The notes under the pieces are model-generated. The model had not been told where the DNA came from. It worked only from the letters and a program-made list of their open reading frames with translations, and ran no database searches. Position numbers and translations under genes: made by a program. 64,000 nt of DNA from Antedon mediterranea. Taxonomy: Eukaryota; Animalia; Echinodermata. Location: NCBI RefSeq assembly GCF_964355755.1, contig NC_092671.1, positions 33,428,304-33,492,303 of the forward strand, in the 5' to 3' direction. Shown here in pieces: positions 45,534-59,900 of this stretch (its first letter is position 1; every line of letters starts with the position of its first letter).

Positions 45534-47823
45534 TATGAGGGCGTATCAATTTGATCTCTGGTGCGCGTGCGTACAACTGAGGACTAGTGCTGTTCCGCCG
45601 TACCACGCCGAGAATGTTAAAGAGTCGCTATCCAATTTAGAATCTCTAATTATATTTCTCCGAAGTATCGTAGGAATATTTTGTAATACAGCATCTCATT
45701 TATATCACATGTGGTGACTGTATCATGTAAGGTTACTACTAGGTAGATGATGTTGTAATACCAAATATTCCTATGATACTTCGGAAATAGATACAGTACC
45801 AAGAATCGGCTGATTTTAGGCAACAACACTTTTGGTTTACAATATTCACACGTTACAAAAGATCGACTCTTTAGAGTCATCGAAAGCCTATTCAGCACCA
45901 CGAAGACCAATGTTTGCAAACTCCTGTAAAATAAATATTCGTTTGTTTAAAATGTTGCTCAACCATGAGTGCAATAAAATGTGATGAAAACGTATTAGAT
46001 GAAACAGATCTATTTATTGTCAAAACATGGAGGTAAATTTTGTACCTCCATTGTCAAAATGAGTAAAACAAATCAGCAACAATGTATAGCAATTTCTCGT
46101 AACGTGTCTTTCGATGAGGACATTGTTATAGTTTGTTAACCTAAGCAAACTATGAGTTTTGTAACAGAAGTTTTCTAAGTTAGATTGTATTGTAGGTCAT
46201 TTTACTGAAACTTAAGCCTAATCTACACTAGAAAATATTTGTTTGGAACTGTTTGTAATTCCTGTCGAGACTGGATTGCTATAATTTTTCTGACTAGAGG
46301 ATCACATGACCATAAAGCACCCAACGACTATTTGATTTGCTGAGATCACAGCTAGTTTTGCAAGCAGATTAATGACCTAATTTCTGCAAACTAGCTTTTT
46401 ACAGTTTATCGTTTCTAAGTTTATCAACTGGTACACTAGCTTTTTGTTGACAAACTCAGAGTTTGTAAACTAAAGTTTGCCAGTGTAGACTGATTAAAAT
46501 TGCCAGTTCATTATTTATTTATTTGGTATATAAAAATATATTACAAAACGACAGTCAAGGACTGAAATTAATTGTATTACAAATAACTAAAAATTAGTTA
46601 AAATTGCTATAAAAATAGAAACATCTTATTAAAATTAGATATCGTACCATAAAATTATAAAACATACATGAACCTTAAAACATTCACTTATAACATATCT
46701 AAAAAAAGAGCTACAGTAGTGGTGCCTATTAATTATATCCACCATGGTGGGAACTGGAGACGACCTAATTCTGCTGGTTTTACAATGAGGTACTTCTAGA
46801 AACATTACTGTACAGTACTTACAGTTTAGTTGCCATGCTGATATCAAGCTTCGATATCTATGTTGATGTACTTGTGAACTGTAATCATCTAATCCGATGC
46901 ACTGATAATGTATAAATAGTGTTGAAAAATAATTAATTAATGTTCGGCTGTTATTTAAAATTGACTTTCACATTTAAAAAGAATAACAAATGTTTTTAAA
47001 TTTTATTCAACATTTTCATATTATTTATTAACGTTTGTTTACAATCAATATACATATATAATTAAAAGTAAAAGAGGCACAATTAGAAACAGTATAGAAA
47101 AATAACTATATATTATAAAACACAAAATAAAATATTATTCGTTCATAAAATTGAGTACGTCATTATTATTATTATTATTTAAGATTATTATTAGTATATA
47201 CATTATTAAAATTATTATATAAAAGGTCGAAACGGCATGTAATGTAATTATGGTAATACATGTTCTGTATTGTTGCCAAATTTATTTACGGCTGCTATTT
47301 AAAATTTACTTAGCATATAAAAAGAATTATAACAAATGTTTTTAATTACAATGAACATTTTCCTATTATGGTAATACATGATCTATTGTTATCATTATTG
47401 TCAAATTTATATATAAAACAATATTAAATTCTATTTATATAAAATTCAAGATATTTATATTCAAATACAAAACAACATTACAATTTTGAAATCATTTTAA
47501 ACATTTACAGAATATTATGGTAATCGAATTAGTATTTTAATTGTGATTATTTGAAAATCAATGAACTAATTACCGTACTTTATTTAAATGTACATAAATT
47601 AGCTAAGCCTGTGCTTATTAAATATTATGTTATATTTTGTATAAAATAAGCAAAATTAATTTGATATGCACCTGTTCTTCCACACCGTATTTGTACGTAA
47701 GTATGTTACACTACAGTTTTGTATTATACGCACATGAACTTATTTAATTTTTTTTAAATTCCTTTTTTTTGTGGATTTTACTTTTATGTTGAAACAAATA
47801 AACGATAAGGAAAGATTACCTTC

Positions 47824-47861
47824 GTGACGTTTCGTCGAAAATCTGTCAACTGCTTCAGACT
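47824..47861 (-). ncRNA. Hammerhead ribozyme-like motif with one core substitution
   Basis: GT-CTGAAGC-A-GTTGA(CAGATTT)TCGAC-GAAA-CGTC-AC; the consensus CUGANGA reads CUGAAGC. Confidence 0.55.
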
Positions 47862-49918
47862 AAAGCCTGGGTTGGAATTGTCTGGTTTAGTGTAAGTGAC
47901 CTACAACTTAAATCATAAAGAAAATACAATACATATTTTTCTAATCTTCCCCTTTTCCCGCCCACCTACAAGTGATATCACATGAACTACAAGACGCGCT
48001 TTTTCCTGAGCATCCATGTGATATTAGAAAAATAACTTCTAACTTGAATTATACATATCCACAATCACATGCATGTTACACGTTTAGAATGTTGATTTTT
48101 CAAATAAAAATTGTATATGCCAGAAAAAGATGTTGTATGTCTCTCTGTATCAAAAATACAATACACGTTACCGTAAAAAAAATGTAGGCTAAGCCTACAT
48201 TTAAAGGATAATGTGTACTGTATTTTCTTTATTAGTTAAGTCGTAGAGCTGCCGCTACTACTATACAATTTACAATATTAGTAAGTAAACGTATAATACT
48301 GTAGTATTTCAAATAACCTACCCTCTGAATAATAATGGAACGATCCATTTGATATCTGTTCTGTCCATCTGAGTTTTCTAGATCTAGAAAACTCAGATAT
48401 CTGAGTTTTCTAGATCGAGAAAAATCATATATATCTGAGATCTGAGTTTTCTAGACCATTTTCTATCCATTTTTGAGAGATGATATGTACTAATTTAGAC
48501 CAAAAAAGCATTTAAATTAGATTTAGATCGTTTATATGATGTTGATTAATTAATGGAAACATCTCTAAAAGACATGGGATCGTTGAAAAAAACATAATTA
48601 GCCTAGACGAGTTCCCGCCAACGGGTAAAAATCTAAGGATGTCATCAGAAATTTTGTTTAATAATATCTTCCAAAGACAGAAATGGAAAAATATTTATTA
48701 TATAGGTCTGCTAAAATGTTGTAGAATATACCTATTGTGGTAAACATAGAACAGCTAAGTTAAGTAACCGACATGGAGTAGGTGACATACATTTTACATT
48801 GTTCAGAACTAAGCATAGTTTATTAGGCCTACTGGTCGTTTGCGTAATAATTATACGGAAATATTATATTTACATCTGACCATCAGATCCCTCGATAGCC
48901 TTTATTACCAGACAATTATAACAATACAAAAACAAATTACAAATTATAATTTCACATCAATGATTTATTTAAATATCGAAAATTAATAAATGTTCACATA
49001 CACTCAATCTTGGATCCCACTCTAGAGACGCAACGCAAGCGAGTTGACCAATCAAAAGCGACCGTTCGAAAAATCCATTGCTTATGATTGGTCACTAACG
49101 TTGCGCTTCGTGCATTGTGTCTCTCTAGTGGGACAAAGCATATTAGTAATATATCAAGCATGCAGTAATAATTTGTACTGTACTCATAATAATTAATCAC
49201 ATGATAAAGTTGACAAAATTACAGATCAGGGTTGGTGAAATCTGTCCATTAACACTGGGCTTTATTTGTCCATTATAGGTTTTTTTTTCTGTCTACAACA
49301 AAAATTGACAGAAAAACAAAAATTCAATTTCAATTCAATTTTCTTTTCATAAGATACGCTTTATCGTTATGTAATAACATGAGAGTTTTTCTACAAGTAC
49401 AATGCACTTATGCTGGAGAAACTTAAATAAGCCCAGATAGGGCTATTTCCACCAGAAAAAAAATGACATCAATATTTTTTAAAAGGCCATATAAATAAGT
49501 AATTTATACCAAACGTTTTAGAGGTTTTTTCCTTTTTTTCTAAAGAAATAATTAAATGAGAATAAACGCGGCCTCTCTCATAGGCGACCGACCACAATCA
49601 AATTTATATCATGCCGTTTGTCTATTCATTATATTCGTCATATATTTTGGTACCAACAACATTAAACGACCAATAACTCATGTGCATATTATCACTAAAT
49701 TAATTTTATAAAATCTCACTATATCTACAGCAGACAAACTAATCTTTAACACTGTTTGACATTCACATGCTTAAAACAGTATTACCGTTACTAGAACTAC
49801 TTAATTTTGTAAATTGCTGCGGTGCTAATATACACAAATATTTTTGAGACATTTTAAATCTTACATATTTGAGGAAGATGCAATAATGTACCATGTGTAA
49901 TACAATCGTTTGTGGAAT

Positions 49919-50075
49919 AAATATATAAGGCTTGATTGTTACCGTAATTAAATATATAAGGCTTGATTGTTACCGTAATTAAATATATAAGGCTTGATTG
50001 TTACCGTAATTAAATATATAAGGCTTGATTGTTACCGTAATTAAATATATAAGGCTTGATTGTTACCGTAATTAA
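49919..50075. repeat. 31-bp minisatellite, 5 copies
   Basis: AAATATATAAGGCTTGATTGTTACCGTAATT repeated five times. Confidence 0.95.
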
Positions 50076-50944
50076 GGATCGTAAGATCATACATTGATAT
50101 GATAAATTATTTAGATAATCTTTTTTACATTTTTGTATATATTTATATTGGCTCATATTTTATTTTAGTTATTTTATTTTCAACCTGTTATTGGTGTTTT
50201 ACACTGTTGGCTTGAAATAAGAAGAGAGAAGAGATAACACGATCATACATTTCTGTTCCTTTGACAAAATACAGTCTATGCCGAAAGAAAGCCAATACTG
50301 TCTTGAAAAGAAGCCCAAAATGGGTTTGCTTTCAAGATGGGCTTCTTTTCGAGATCACTTTTGCAAACCACAGAATTGGGTTTCTTTTCGAGATGGACTT
50401 CGTTTCGAGATTATTTTTTCAAACCAAGGAACGACTTCTTTTCAAATTGGATATCATTTCGAGGTCGGCTTCTTTTTTAGATTTTATGGTATGTCATCAA
50501 AACGGACATAGTAGCCCACATAAGCTCTTAAAATTCGTCTTTTAAAGGAAAATAAAATCATGTCAGGCCATCAGTAGGTATAATATGTAGTAATACCTCA
50601 TCCACCAAATCTTACATAAAATGCATACAATTCACCAAACAACATCGATAAATGAATATATTATACTAATAAAAAAACCAACATCAATTGAAATAAAAAG
50701 TACATCTTATCTACCAAATCTTACATAAAACTAATACAATCCACCAAACTACATCGATTAATGTATACCGGTATGTAATATTATTTTTTTAACGGTTTTT
50801 ATGGACTAGTTCCACTTTTATTTAATTTTGCTGCATTCACACTATAAGATATACACGTTCTCTATATTATATTGTTAATAATAAATACATAATTTAAAAA
50901 AATATATATCCATTATAACTCTATTTATAACTTAGAAATTAAGC

Positions 50945-53900
50945 TTACTTATGTTTGCATGTGAACATATAAACAATTGTGAAAAGATAAGGGTTGACCG
51001 ACGAGTTTATCGGTATGATAAACGTCGCTGCCCAAACGTAAATTTCCTCAGGAATAATCCACCACCCCATTTCTGAACAGAAACTCATTATGATTATCGG
51101 GAACCAGCAACAGAAATCGGTAAAGACTATGATCCCTAATTTCCTCGCCATTTTCAATTGTTCCTTTCGTTTTCTTCTTCTACAGACGGTGGCTCCTGAT
51201 CTCTGAACCGAGAAAAAAATGGTGGCATAACTCACAGCGATGACGATAAAACCTATTCCGTTAAACACAACAAAGATGGCAACGGCGTACTCCCATCCTG
51301 GCCATCGGCTTCTGGTTAGCGGAAGTGCAAGACATACGCTCTGCTTTCCATAGTAATTGTCGCCGAAATACGGTATGTCGATGAGGCCTAGTTTGTGTAC
51401 AACTGGTAAAAAACTGAGCACAATGAAAACCAGCCAAGCGATTCCGATGAGAATTCTGCAGTATTTGCGGTTGAGACGTCTGGTGCTAAATGGGTTTACG
51501 ATGTTAACAGCGCGATCAACGCTCATGACCATTAAAGTAAACACCGAACATTCACCCGAAAGAGTAGACACAGCCCCGGAAAAGCTACACAGGAAACTGT
51601 CTTTCCAATCCTTTGCAACTACCCAGTATCGTCCTCTGTAATGAACATCCGCACTTGCTATAATTACCAAATAAATAGCCATCAACAAATCGGACACAGC
51701 AAGGTTGGTGATCAGTGTGGTTTGAACCCTTTTCGCACTACTGTTGATATTACCGGTGTTGTCATCCTTTTTATAACGTCGTGATATGATCACAACTAAA
51801 TTACCAATGATGGATGATATTCCAATAAGGAACATCAACACTCGTAAGACTTCTCGTTTTAACAAATCTTTGCACGAAGAAAATACATCATCTGGTGATT
51901 CGCAGACTTCAATGTCACCGACAAGGCAACACAAACGCGCTAAATCCGTGTACCTTAAAGAGTAAACACAGTGTTACCAAGGAGTTTTACTAAAGTTTAG
52001 GCATATAGCTCGCCTATTATTTTGGAGGAAGCTCATTCTAAGTCCAGTAAAAAAAACAATGTAATCTTCAATAATATCCTTTAATACTTACAATTTTTTT
52101 AAGTATTTTAAATTTTCAAAAGTGCTATCTCTGTAAGTCTGCAACTGGTTGTTTTCTATTTGTCTGCAAATTAAAAGTGAGAAGCCATACTCAATCATCC
52201 AAGAGATGTCCAAGTACGATAGTATTTTAAATAATAAATGAGATTAGTTGAAAGATTGACTGTCCTTTTCTACTATTCTAGTAAGGCGTAGTCGAGTAGA
52301 ACACACAATCTTGCAACGAATCCATTCAACGAATATAAAAACATTGTTTCGGTTTGGTAAAACACGTCACACGTTATATTAAAGTATTTATTTATTCACT
52401 GAATCTGCTGTTCCCATATTTAATCAATATAAAAGTTTACATGGGATGCAGTACAGTACTCTGATTTAGGACGTGGATTGGATTTGGAAGTCGCTCACCG
52501 TGCCCAAGTTGGTTTTAGAACAACGCGAATCAGTCACGAGTCGACGTTGGAAAAAGATGAACACATATAATGGTACCATTAAATGTCAACATTAAATTAC
52601 AAAATTGTTTTCATTCAATATCACTTGTCCGTTCCACCAGTTTCATGCTAGAACATTTAGGCTGAACCACTCGTGATACTTAAAGATGTATTGTCCCTTG
52701 AAACACAAAAAATGAAGGTCAAAATATTCTAAATTTAAAGTGGCCATATCAAAGTAATATTAAAGTTATTCACTTTAAGTCGAAAATTCGAGCCAAAAAC
52801 AACAAGTTTAAGTAATTAAATTAGTTTGATTACATTTCTTCTGGAAAATCGTCACGAGCAAAAGTAAACAAAGATTTCAAACCATTAGTACGCATTATGC
52901 ATATGCTAAATTAGGATTGTATACAACTCGTCACGGTTAAGAAGGTATTTTCACACAGATCATGAGTAAGTTTTATGATTATGCATACAGAGTAGCCAAA
53001 CAAGCGCGCGTTTCATTATGGGCTATGTTTTGATTGAAAACTTTGACTGGAAGTCAAAGTTATTTTTTAACAAAAAAACGTCTGTATTTCAGTTAAATCA
53101 TTTTTTTTTTTCAAAAAATTTTTGGTGATAGTTAATAATTATTATGATACTTCAAAATGACCCACGTTTTTTCGAAATCTTTTATTTTTTATTTTTTTGG
53201 AATTAGTCAAATGGACAATACATCTTTAATCAATCTTAACCAATCAAATGGCAAGGACACATGTTATAATACGGTATAGAGTACAGTACATTACTTACAG
53301 AATTGAAAGTGTCAAAGCAAAGTGGGAGAATGCACCTTGGTCTATAGTTCTTATAACGTTATATTGTAAATTCCTGTAATAATAAAATAGAAAAATCGAT
53401 AGAAAAAAATATATCGTTTATTATATTAACCACAGCTATGCAATCAAATACAAATTAATGTAAATAAAAATCACTACGTCACTGATATAAAAGCTTGAAA
53501 GCAAGAAATAAGACAGTTAGAGTGAACATTAGTAACCACTCCATTAAACAAGGCCAACAGCCATTAAGTCACGTGCTACAATGCATAGTGATACCGGACC
53601 GACAGACAAACAGACCGACAGACAGACAGACCGACAGACAGACGGACCGACCGACATAGTGAACTATACTGACCGAAATTACTGAACATGTTTAAAAATG
53701 TTGAAATGTTTAAAAACATTTATATTTTTTTAATTTACACGTGCGTAGCCTGTCACTTTTGACGTGCTCGTATAACGTAATTTCGAGTTGAAAAGTAAGT
53801 CAAGAAAACAGAAATCGGGCAAAAAGAGTGCGCAATAACATTTAACGCGCAAAAATCTGCGCACTCATGGCAATTTTGTAAACGCTTAAAATTGCCTGAA

Positions 53901-56900
53901 ACGTACTCTTATTTCATCGAAAATAAATTTTGAAAATTTTAAGCGCGCGTACGCATGCGTTACATGCGCTACGCACGTAATTGTATTGCCATATGATGAT
54001 TTATGCCCTGAAATTTATGAGTACCAAATTTTATTTAATTGTGATTCATGGTTGTTAAGATATGATTACAAACGTGATTTCGTTAAATCGTGCGTAGACC
54101 GCGTAATTTTTTATTGCGCACCGTGAAAACATAACCACATCGATTCCCGGCCATAAGGAATATTCTGTGAAAAATTGACTTAGCTAGATTAAACTGATAT
54201 CAAGATAAGGTCATAAAGCGATAAAACGCATAGTGATACCGGACCGACAGACAGACAGACCGACAGACAGACCGACAGACAGACAGACCGACCGACCGAC
54301 ATAGTGAACTATAGAGTCGCTTCCACGCGACTAAAAACAGTGCTTCAAAACAATATTAACACCCTAAATGCTGGAAATATGGAAGTCATGACAACACATG
54401 ATGATCTTGTGTATTTATTATGCTGTGGATGCAAAACACTAGTGTATAGACACAAATGTATGTCATATTAGAGCACATAAATATAAAATCAACTCTTTCT
54501 GATTAGTGACTTTTAACCTTTAAATTTTTAAACCTAATTTGTATATTTAAGCGAATCTGCATACTATCGGGGCGAGTGTCAGTGTAGCGTTGTCTCTTTT
54601 ATTAGTGGCTGTTTATTTTGCCTATACAAATTATATCGGTACAAACACCCGTCTACAAACTACTTGGAAATTGTTATACAGAACACAAATATCAATTTTT
54701 TTCTTAAATACTGAAGTTGTCAATTGAAATACAAACACATCCACAAAAAATGAATAATTTTGCTTTTGGTTGTGGGCGTTTTATTTTGAAAAAACGGAAA
54801 AAGAATGATGCAAGATTAACTTACAAGTATTTTAATGACGTCAAACCAGCAAATACATTCGATGGCAATACACTTATTCCATTTTCGGATAATATTCTAT
54901 AAAAGAAAACAATAAACAGTAAACAAAAAGGATTATGTAATTTTGTCACAAAGCTTGAAGTAACAAGTTTTGACTGCAAAACTGTTATATTTATATTACC
55001 TATCATATTACTTATCATTTTTAAGGAGACGTTTATTCGAAAGAGCCGTTTATTTGGGAGCGGCGTTTATTTTTTTGTGTGTATTATGGTAACAACTAAT
55101 ATCGAGAAGTGATAAAATACATAAAAAAATAAAAATGCTTAGTAAGTTGCACATCATGTCAATCAATGAATTATACTACAGATAGAAATGTGTTGTAACA
55201 CAATATTGTGTAGATAATGTGACGGGGCGTTTATTCTAGTAAATAAATAAAGACCCCAGCTCGTTTATTCGAAAGGTCGTTCATTCAAAATGATGTTCTA
55301 CGGGGGAGTTTATCCGGGGGCAGACGTTTAATCGAATAAATACGGTATTTTATTTATATAGCCTAACTTTACTAATATAGCCTACATATAGTACAATTTC
55401 AAATCAATCATGGTTCAACATACAACTAAAACATCAAAATACAAACATTATTGAAACTAAATTAATGTAAGTATTCAATAAGTTGTATAATCTCTATAAA
55501 CTCTCGTCCCGCAAGCTTATTTATTATTACATTTTTAAGAACACAAATATTTCTCACCACAAAACTAATTTTTTGTTCTCAATATTTCAAAACCAATAGT
55601 CAGTTAAAAGTCAGAAAAACGTGTATTTTTTTGTGGGAATGATAACCAAAAATAGATGCAATATTAACTTACAGGTATTTTAATGATGGCAAAGCAGCAA
55701 ATGCATTCGATGGCAATGAACTTATTCCATTGGAGGACAAAATTCTATAAAATGAAAACAGTAAATAAAGATAAGTTATGAAAAAACAATACGTTATGAT
55801 AAATAAGACTTTAGTATTTCAAAATTGTATATAGAGTCGGTGAAAAATTGAAAAATCATGCAAGATTAACGTACAGGTATCTCAATGATATCAAACCAGC
55901 AAATGCATTTGGTGGCCATGTCTTTATTCTGTTATTGTACAAATTCCTTTAATAAAGTAAATGAAAAACATTGTTTATATTTGTTATTGTTTTTAGTTTT
56001 CTAAACCTACGTCAGAAGTATTACACTGGGAACAATTTGCGAACAATTAAGAGCATATATGGCGTGGCATACTTTGTTCATGTGTCTAATTTTAAATTTC
56101 TGCCAATTAAATTGCAAAACAGATATAATAGTCAAAGAAAGACCAACCCCCTATTCTAGACTTATAAAAACAAAGTGTTTCGATCTAAAATCACAGCCTT
56201 TACAAGAAATTGTACATATTGTATAATGTTAAAATCTTGTCATCCCTTCTTTGTTGAACAATACATACCGATATTAAGGCTAGCTTTTACCTTTAGTGAA
56301 AAACATAACTGACAAAAAATAACAGGATAGGGTTCTACTTTCAACATTAATTATAGAAAACCAACGACTTATTTATTGTCATATTTTTTATTGTTATTAG
56401 CATTAAGAATTAATCATTTTATTTGGAAATTTAATTTAACTGAAATATTAGTTTGTGTCATTTTAAGGTTGTTTTTTTTTTTAATTTTGTTTACACACAA
56501 TGCTAAAACTTTCTAATCTGATATTTTGTAAGAGCAAAACAGGGCGCCAGTTCTTTTTTTAAGGTATCACGCTTTTAGAAGATACTTAGACAATCTGTCC
56601 TTCTCTACCCTCCCCTTCCACTCCTGAATTTATAGTCAAATAATATGATTTGAACCATTTCCTAATTCACTGTCGATTGTATCAAACTAGATGGTCGAAT
56701 ACACCGTAATTTTAGCGTAAAACAAGGCCATATACATGGCTGCGGTCACGTGCGCAAATTTGAGTTAATATTTATCGACCGATCAACCGACCGACATAGT
56801 GAGCTATGACTAAAAACTGGCGATTTCAAATGTACGTACCGCAGGACTATTGTCGTTTACAGAAACGAATAAATAGATACGATGATTATGTAGTCAACTA

Positions 56901-59900
56901 AAATTAGCACCCTGGGATATACTTCCGAAAGAGAAACTTTATGAACTGTATGACTCCAAATGTTTGCTTTGGACTCATTTAAACAATTTTTGTGTTTTGT
57001 ATGTAACATTATGGTTGAGGGATGGGGAAGAGGATGGGTACAAAGAGGCACAATTTTTAAATATATTCATTATCTATATTTGTAATTGTTAATTGGTACA
57101 AAAGTTGAGAAGCAACTGTCAGTAATAAAGTTTATTTGTATATTATGTGTTTATATATCTAATAGTACCCACACTCACAGTAAGACATTTATTATTCAAA
57201 TATAGTTATTTAAAGTATTGTCAAAGTATTACAATACTAAATCTAAAGTGTTTAAGTTTATCCCCCAAGGGCCCATACATTTACCTACTTGTGTTAAACC
57301 AAATAATTATACTAGGAGATTGGAATGTGTATACACGTATATCAAATCTATCAAAATAGTATTTTTTAAAGAAAATTGGCCTGTCTTGAACATAATGATG
57401 CTGCTGTACTCGAGCTGTTCAACCGGTTTTCAGCTATTAAAACAATTATCGTAGGAGATAGATAAATTCGAAGCATCCTCGTATTATTGCGTGCGAGTAT
57501 TTTTGGTCACGTGCAAACACGACTCTCCAGCTCACTATGTCGGTCGGTCTGTAAACACTAGCTGAAATTTGCGCACGCAACTGCACCCATGTATATAGCC
57601 TTGTTTCAAGGTGGACATCTATTAGACAGTGTATTCCACGATAAAAAAAGACCCAATTTGTGGCAAATCGTTAAACCTAAATTAGTTTTAATTGTCAATA
57701 ACTAATTATCTAACTTAATTTAATTAGTAAACAGGGTGACATCAGTCGTTAAAATCAGTACCGAAAGTACGAACCAAAAAGTTGGCATAACGTACTTTAT
57801 ACAAACACAAAGCAATACATTGAGATTGAAGACATTCAAGAATAAAAGAGAAAAGAAAAAAATAGCTTACTTACAACAGTTTCAATAATGATAAACCAGC
57901 AAATGAGTTTGTTGTCAAAATACTTAATGGGCTACTGTACAAATCTCTTGAATGTGAAAACAATGCACAATAAGTAAATATATAATTATTGTCTCTACAA
58001 TAGTTCAATTTCATATTAATAACGTTATTTATCTACCTATTGTTTGAAGGTTTGCATGGCGAAATCAAATGTTGATATTAAGTTTGCGGTAAACCATATA
58101 TAGTTCTGAAAAGAAATGTTGAGTTTCTCGACGTTTCGATCAATATGCTTTGATTACAGTGGGAGGGATTGAAACTAGCTTGAACCATTTTTTCATCCAT
58201 GCTTGAACTGGCTATTCTTTCCAGAACTATATACGTGGTGTACCGCAAACTTTATTATCAACGTTATAAGAGTCTTTGTAAGAGTAAGATTTGACATCGG
58301 ATTTGTTCAGATTGTTGTTTGTGGGGTCGGGTTCGTGTTTGAGTTCTGTATTATTGAAACAATAAATTGTATGCATGTGTAAATTAATAATTAATATTTT
58401 GTATAGATTAACCGTCTTCTTAGTACAGATGCGAAAGATCAGTGTAGGTTAAAAAAAAAACACTCACAGCCTAGTCAGTGATGTCAAATTTGCAAATGCA
58501 TTGGGTGGTACGGTAAGTTGGTTAGTAGACAATATCCTTAAAAGTGAAGAAGAGTTTATTGTAAGTTTATTATTTGTATAACTAGTTTTTAGGCGTCAAA
58601 AGTTAAAATTTAAAATGGATTAATCAACTCGACGTTTTCTTCACATCACAATCTGAAATGAATACCGGAATACCGCATTTATACATACAAAGAAAATAGT
58701 TGCTATCATCAGATAAACATGTGAAAACACTTACAGAGTTTCCAATGATACCAGACCAGTAAATCCAATTGCTGGCAATGTACAACATCTTGTTTGTCTA
58801 GCAACATTTCTTTCAAAGAAAACATAACATAATTGTAGGCCTACGTAACTAAAATTAAAAAACTTTAGTATACTATCAGTTCCCTACCATTATTAATTAA
58901 TTAATATATTGAATCATTTGCAGGGAAATATTATTGCCAAATTTAATTTAGGCTATAAGAACAACAAAATTACACAAAAAACCCAAATAGGTGTTACTGT
59001 TTCAATGTGAATTTTACTCAATCTGATTCAAATGGCAGAAGTCTATTTAGATGTTATAAAAAATAAATAATGAATGTTTTTATATCCGTGCAGTTTTAGT
59101 GAAAGTTGAAAGGTTATATTTTTACTTTGCTTCACCTTTCATCTACCCAGTATGGTACAAAATTATTTGTACCATCGCACTCATAAACATTCTTCATTAT
59201 TTGTATATTAACTTATACAATGTAAATGCGATGACTTATTATAAAGTATTAAAATAAAAATAAAACACTCACAGATATTTCAATGATGGCAAACCATTTA
59301 ATGCAGTGGTTGGTACTGAAGTCATATCATTGTAGCTTAAATCACTTTGAATTAAAAGGATTAAACAATAAAAATTAAAATATTAATCTGTGACTATAAT
59401 AATATAATCATAATTTAATATAGTATAATCTTAAATGTTTAATATTAATTCAATATGCAAATATTCTAATTATTTACCTGAAGTATAAAACAATACATGA
59501 TTAAATGGTTGAATTAATGGAGCTTTAATATACATTTAAAAGAAAAATGGTTAAGTTATGTTTATTAGTTATCCGCTATAGTGTGGATAACTCCTTGTGA
59601 TTGTATGAGATCAACTTTTTTTCTGTATTATTCTTCTTTCTTTTTAGCCCTTGTTGGTGTCTCGCGTATCTCTAAAACGTGTAATCAAAACATTTTGTAA
59701 CTTTTTCAACTTACGTACATTCACGGAAAGTTGTACACCTACTATTGATTAATGACGTCATAGTTGCGCAACGTAACTTAAGTGCAATGTTATGAATTTC
59801 AATGATTGATCATAAAACCAAGTCATTTTTATTGACATTTGGTGAAAATTTTATTCATATTAAGGGTCTACTTTCTGTCGAGTAAAAATTTATAATAATC

